From the human T2T-CHM13v2.0 reference genome, Homo sapiens, in NCBI RefSeq assembly GCF_009914755.1, contig NC_060931.1: 64,000 nt of DNA; one strand, 5' to 3'. Position 1 is the first letter of the stretch, and every line of letters begins with the position of its first letter. The notes beneath the pieces are model-generated. The model was not told the DNA's origin, ran no database searches, and was given only the letters and a program-made list of their open reading frames with translations. Positions 53,923-64,000 of the stretch are shown piece by piece. Position numbers and translations under genes: made by a program.

Positions 53923-56453
53923 TGCTAGCAAATTAAATTCAACAGAACATTAAAAGGATTATATGCCACAACTAAGTGGAATGTATTCCCAGATTTCAAC
54001 ATACGAAAATCAACCAATGTAATATACCGCATTAATCAAGGATGCAAAGCACATTATCATCTCAAGTGATGCAGAGAAAGCATGTCACAAAATTCAACAC
54101 CAATTCATGATTTAAAAAAAACAAAACTCTCAACAAACCAAGAACAAAAGGAAACTACCTCAACATAACAAAGACCATAAACGAAAAGCCCACAGCTGAC
54201 ATCCTAATTAGTGAAGAAAAACCCAAATCTTTTTCTCTAAGATCCTGAACAAGACGAGGTGGCCTGCTCTCATCATTTTTATGCAACATAGCATTGGAAT
54301 TCCTATCCAGGGCAATTAGGTAAGAAAACGAAATAAAAGACATCCAAATTAGAAATGAAGAAGTGGAAGTATCTCCATTCTCAGATGAGATGATCTTATA
54401 TGTAGAAAACTCTAAAGATTATATTAATAAAAACTGTTGGAACTAATAAAAGAATTCAGCAAAGTTACAGGATATCAAATCAACAGGTAAACTACATGCT
54501 AACAATAAACAATTCAAAAAGAAAACTAAGAAAACAATTCCATTTACAATCATGCCAAAAGAATGCAATACTTAAGAATAAAATAAGGAGGTGAAAGACT
54601 TCTACTCTGGAAATTACAAAACATTGATTTAAAAAATTAAAGACACATACAAATGGAAAGACATTTGGAGTGTCTTTCCATTGTTCATAGTTTATGACAT
54701 GTTCATGGTTTGGAGGACTTAATATTGTGAAGATGTAAATACTACCCAAAGAGATCTACAGATTCAATGCAACCCCATCAAAACCCAAAGGTATTTTTAT
54801 AGAAATAGAAAAAAAATTCTAAAATTCAGAAGAAACTACCAAAGACATTGAATGTCCAAATCCATCTTGAGAAAGAACAAAGTTGGAAGTCTCACACTTC
54901 TTAATTTCAAACATATGTAAAAGCTGCAGTACACACAAAGCGGTGTGGTACTGGCATAAAGACAGAAATATAGAACAATAGAATAGAAATTCCAGAAATG
55001 AACCATTGCATATATAGTCAGATGATTTTTGACAAAGGTGACAAGACCACTCAATAGGGAAAAAATAGTCTATTCAACAAATGGTGATGGGAAAAGTAGA
55101 TATAAACATACCAAAAAAATAAAGTTAGACCCTTACGTTGTACCATATACAAAAATTAGCTCAAAATGAATTAAAGACCCAAAAGTAAGACCTAAAACTA
55201 TAAAACTACTAGAAAAGAACACAGGAGAAAAGCTTCATGAGGTTGGATTTGGCAATGATTTCTTGGATATGATGCCAAAAGGACAGGCAGCAAAAGTAAA
55301 AATAGACAAATGGGAGTACAATTTCTGTGCATCAAAGGGCACAGTCAACACAGTGAAAAGACAACATAGGAATGGAAGAAAGTATCTGCAAATCATGTAT
55401 CTGATAAGGAGTTATTATTATCCAGGAAGGATAAAGACAACAAAATAACTCAGCAACACCACCAACAACAAAAAACAAATAACTTGATTTTAAAATGAAC
55501 AAAGAACTTGAATACGCATTTCTCCAAAGATGATATACAGATGGGCAACAAGCATATGAAAAGATGTTTGATATCACTAATCATTAGAGAAATGCACATC
55601 AAAACCACTATGAGATATCACCTCACTCCCATTAGAATGGTTACCATAAAAAAGTAACAAAATAACAAGTGTTGGCTAGGATGTAGAGAAACTGGAACCC
55701 TTATGTACTGTGTACAGGAATGTAAAATGGTGCAGTCACTGTATGAAACTATAGCAGTTCCTTAAAAAATTAAAAATTGAATTATTATATGACCTAGCAA
55801 TTCTACTTCTGGGTATACATCCAAAAGAATTGAAAGCAGAATTTCATAGAAATATTCACATACTGGTGCTCAGAGCAGAATTATTCACCATAGCCAAGAG
55901 ATGAAATCAACTCAAATGTCCATCTATGGATAAAAGGTTAGATACAGATAATGTGGTATATATGGATAATGGGATATTATTTAACCTTAAAAAGGAGAAA
56001 AATTCTGTCACAATGCTGCACCATGCACGAACCTTGAGGACATTATTCTAAGTGAAATAAGCCAGTCCCAAAAAGACAAATGCTATCTGAATTCACTCAC
56101 ATGAAGAATCTAAGTTAGTCAAATTCATAGACACAGAAACTAGAACGGTGTTTGCCAAGAGTTTGGAGAGAAGGGGGAAGAAAAGAGGAGCTGTTTTTTA
56201 ATGAGGATAGAGTTTCAGTTTTGCAAGACGGAAAAATTCTGGAGAACCAGTACAATATGCAGTTGCTTAATATAACTGATCAGAATGCTTAAAAACGGTA
56301 AAGATACTACATTTTATGTTATGTCTTTTCTTTTTTTTACATGGAGACAGAATTCAAATACAATGTTCATAGATGTTTTCCTGCAACATACACTGAAAGG
56401 AGAATGAAAGGAACAACAAGCAGTCCAGGTGGAATAAAAGAAGTGGGCAGATG

Positions 56454-61412
<4,959 letters not shown>

Positions 61413-61616
61413 AAAAGAAGTGGGCAGATGAAGGACAGCTCGATAGGTAAATTTGTTAAATGACAGTTAACAGTGATAGAAAGTGAGAGATGTTGAGTAA
61501 GTACCAATATATACAGGGGCCTGTAGTTCAAATGCCAGAATATGTACACTTATAAGACATTTAAATGACTCAAAAATGTGTTTCCTTCAAAGACTTAGTA
61601 CTTACTTCATTATCAC

Positions 61617-61998
61617 TGTGTTAGTTTTCCAAGGCTACCATAGCAAAATACCACAGACTGGTATTTTCTGGCAGTCCTGGGGGCTAGAAGTCCAAGATCA
61701 AGGTGTCAGCTGGTTTGTGTTCTCCTACATCCTCACTCCATGGCTTGCAGATGGACACCATCCCCCGTGTCCTCACAGGACCATCTCTTTAAACACATGC
61801 ATCTCTTACGCCTCTGTATATCCTAATTCCCTCTTTTATAAGACCACCAGTCAAATTGGATTAGGATCCCACCATAACAGCCTGATCTAACTTTCTTTAC
61901 CTCAAATTTCTTGTCTCCAGATAGTCATATTCTGAGGCATACTAGGAGTTAGGACTTCAATATATGAATTTGGGAGGGAAACAATTCAGTCCACAGCA
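61617..61998 (-). mobile_element. MaLR solo LTR (MLT1A/B/C)
   Basis: TGTGTTAGTTTTCCAAGGCTACCATAGCAAAATACCACAGACTGG...GAAGTCCAAGATCAAGGTGTCAGC...CAATTCAGTCCACAGCA. Confidence 0.88.
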
Positions 61999-63769
61999 AT
62001 CGCACATTGAGTTGAGTTGACTTTCCTAGTTACTTATGCATGCTATCAATCAGAGAAAATAAGAGACTATAATCCTTTTATGTTTTTGCATCACCATCCA
62101 CTTATCCTTCCAACCATATTTTTTGAGGCATTTACTATTAACATTCACAGTTTTACATATTATACTTTTCTAGATATCCAGCCTTTTTTATTTGGTTGGC
62201 TGGTTCATTGGTGGGCTGTTTTACGTTTTATTCAATAGCAGAAAAAAAAAATTAAAAAGCAGGCCGTCGAAGCCAAGTGAAACTTTGGAAGAACATCTTT
62301 ATAATTCTGGAAGTTTATTCCCAAGAGATTTTATAATACTGTGGGGCAAGTCTGAAAGCAAAACTTTTCCTCAAAAAGTTTTAATATTCTGGACTCCAGA
62401 TTTACTCTAGACTGGGAAGTCCCTAAGTATTTTAAAATAAAATAAAAGAGAGTTACAAACATTTCATAATGTTTAAAAAATATTCTAGATGAAAATGAAA
62501 TTAAATTTGTCCCCTGGGGACCAGATATGTTTTCTTTTTTCCCAGGTTCATTTTAAAGTCATTTCTGTAAGATCTTCAACAGCCATACATTTTCCCTTCT
62601 GAATTTTTACCTGATTTACATTCATAAGAAAACTATGTTCTTGCATGCACTGATTAAATTTCTCAGTTGGCATCTGACATCAGTAAATATTTACAACAAA
62701 CTAGCTGAATAAGCTGTATTAACTGAATACACACATATTTTATTTCTGACAAATTACAGATCAGGAGCTGTCCGTAATTCAAGGGCCTAATTGGTATGTT
62801 TAAGTGTGTATTAGTATGTGTGTTTATTTGTTGTTTTAGCTTCTTTTAATGAAAATTTACAGTATTGAGAAAAAACACAGCTCTCTATGAAGGGCTATGT
62901 ATTTAATATATGTGCTTTTCAGTAATATGAGATTGGGTACATTTTTTAATCAGTAAAATGGACTAATATGGGATAATAATTTAGAACAGTATCTAAAGGG
63001 AGGAGAAAACAAGATTTTCGAATTTACATAATATTTGAGAGAACCGTCTCCCATACTAAGGACATCTTTGTTTAGATAGATTTAATGTTTCTAACTATAC
63101 TTTTTAAAGTATAATCAAATTCATAAATTGTACACCGCAAATACTCTTTGTAAAGGCCCAAGTTTTTCTGCCTTTATTTATCTTGCAAATATTCATCTAC
63201 ACTGAATGTTCTTTTAAAAGTTACATATTACATATTTTTATTTGTAGATCAAAGTGCTGAATAAACAATTATCTCTCTGATACACCAATGACATCCTTTA
63301 AATATAGCTCACTACATTAAAAACCATTCAAGTTCAATGAGAATATCAGCTATCAAATTGAATATCAATAATAGTTATATTCAGATGAGGGGATCAGAAT
63401 GTTAAATTTCAAATGGATTACTAGACTATCAAACTCTTCTCCATCATCCTGGAGATACTGGCACATAATACACTTCTTCTTCTCTGAAAAGTGCAGTAAA
63501 CAAAGTATAGTCATGGTAGGAATTTAAAATGATACATCAAGGAAATATTGATGTTGACCCAAATGTTGCTCTCTTTTTTAAACTTTCTTGAAGACCCAGA
63601 AGAACCAATATTTTATGACTCCCAGCTTAGATTGGCCCCCCACGTCTATTAAAATAGCCTAAAATGGCAAGTAAAGGGGTAGGCAAGTTGGAGATAGGTT
63701 TTATTTAATAGTCAACTTCTACCTAACATTTGGAACATTGATACCTTGTTGGCTGCTGGGATCTTCATA

Positions 63770-63956
63770 ACGAGATAAGTGTGCGCGCACTGATACCAGG
63801 AAGTGTTCCAGCCAGTCTGAAACTATGAGACGAGCAGCTCAGGACAGCTAGAATAAGCCCTCATTCTCTGTGTAAGACTTACACAAGGCAGACATTCTTA
63901 TCTCAGAATTCCTTCTCTGCCACCTGATGCACTTCTTGACTATTTTTTTCTTATCG
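63770..63956. promoter_or_regulatory. Candidate GATA+ETS enhancer-like motif cluster
   Basis: AGATAA, TGATA, CAGGAAGT, TTATCT and TTATCG with several retained CpGs in AT-rich DNA; motif evidence only. Confidence 0.3.
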
Positions 63957-64000
63957 TTAATTTTACGGCTTTATGAAATGTAAATTAATTTTAGTATCAG

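Larger units (their letters stand above)
52980..56340 (+). mobile_element. Old L1MA/L1MB element (most of ORF2 plus 3'UTR) with nested (GA)n and Tigger MITE
   Basis: Continuous degraded ORF2 homology from the linker to the C-terminus; 3'UTR AGAGTTTCAGTTTTGCAAGA... Confidence 0.9.

Overview
Primate genomic DNA, almost certainly human (it carries an AluYa5-type insertion). It is AT-rich and about 30% LINE-1, with no recognisable intact protein-coding gene; nearly all long ORFs in the track are decayed L1 ORF1/ORF2, HERV-H gag/pro/pol, Alu or LTR sequence. Main elements are a 5 kb HERV-H provirus with two LTR7 LTRs (35608-40600), six primate L1PA copies, two long older L1M copies, three full-length Alus, two solo ERV1 LTRs, and several MaLR, MIR, L2 and DNA-transposon relics. 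All eight large L1s lie on the + strand, which suggests intronic sequence of a long minus-strand transcription unit; two candidate minus-strand exons are noted. The most notable details are reciprocal TATA/poly(A)-signal loss between the two HERV-H LTRs, a 71-nt hairpin just upstream of the provirus, a short L1 3' transduction, an 80-bp orphan insertion with an 18-bp target-site duplication (TSD), a young AluYa5 nested in an L1PA, and a CTCF motif flanked by inverted forkhead motifs. I found no convincing new biological system. Subfamily names come from recalled consensus sequences and need RepeatMasker/Dfam confirmation.
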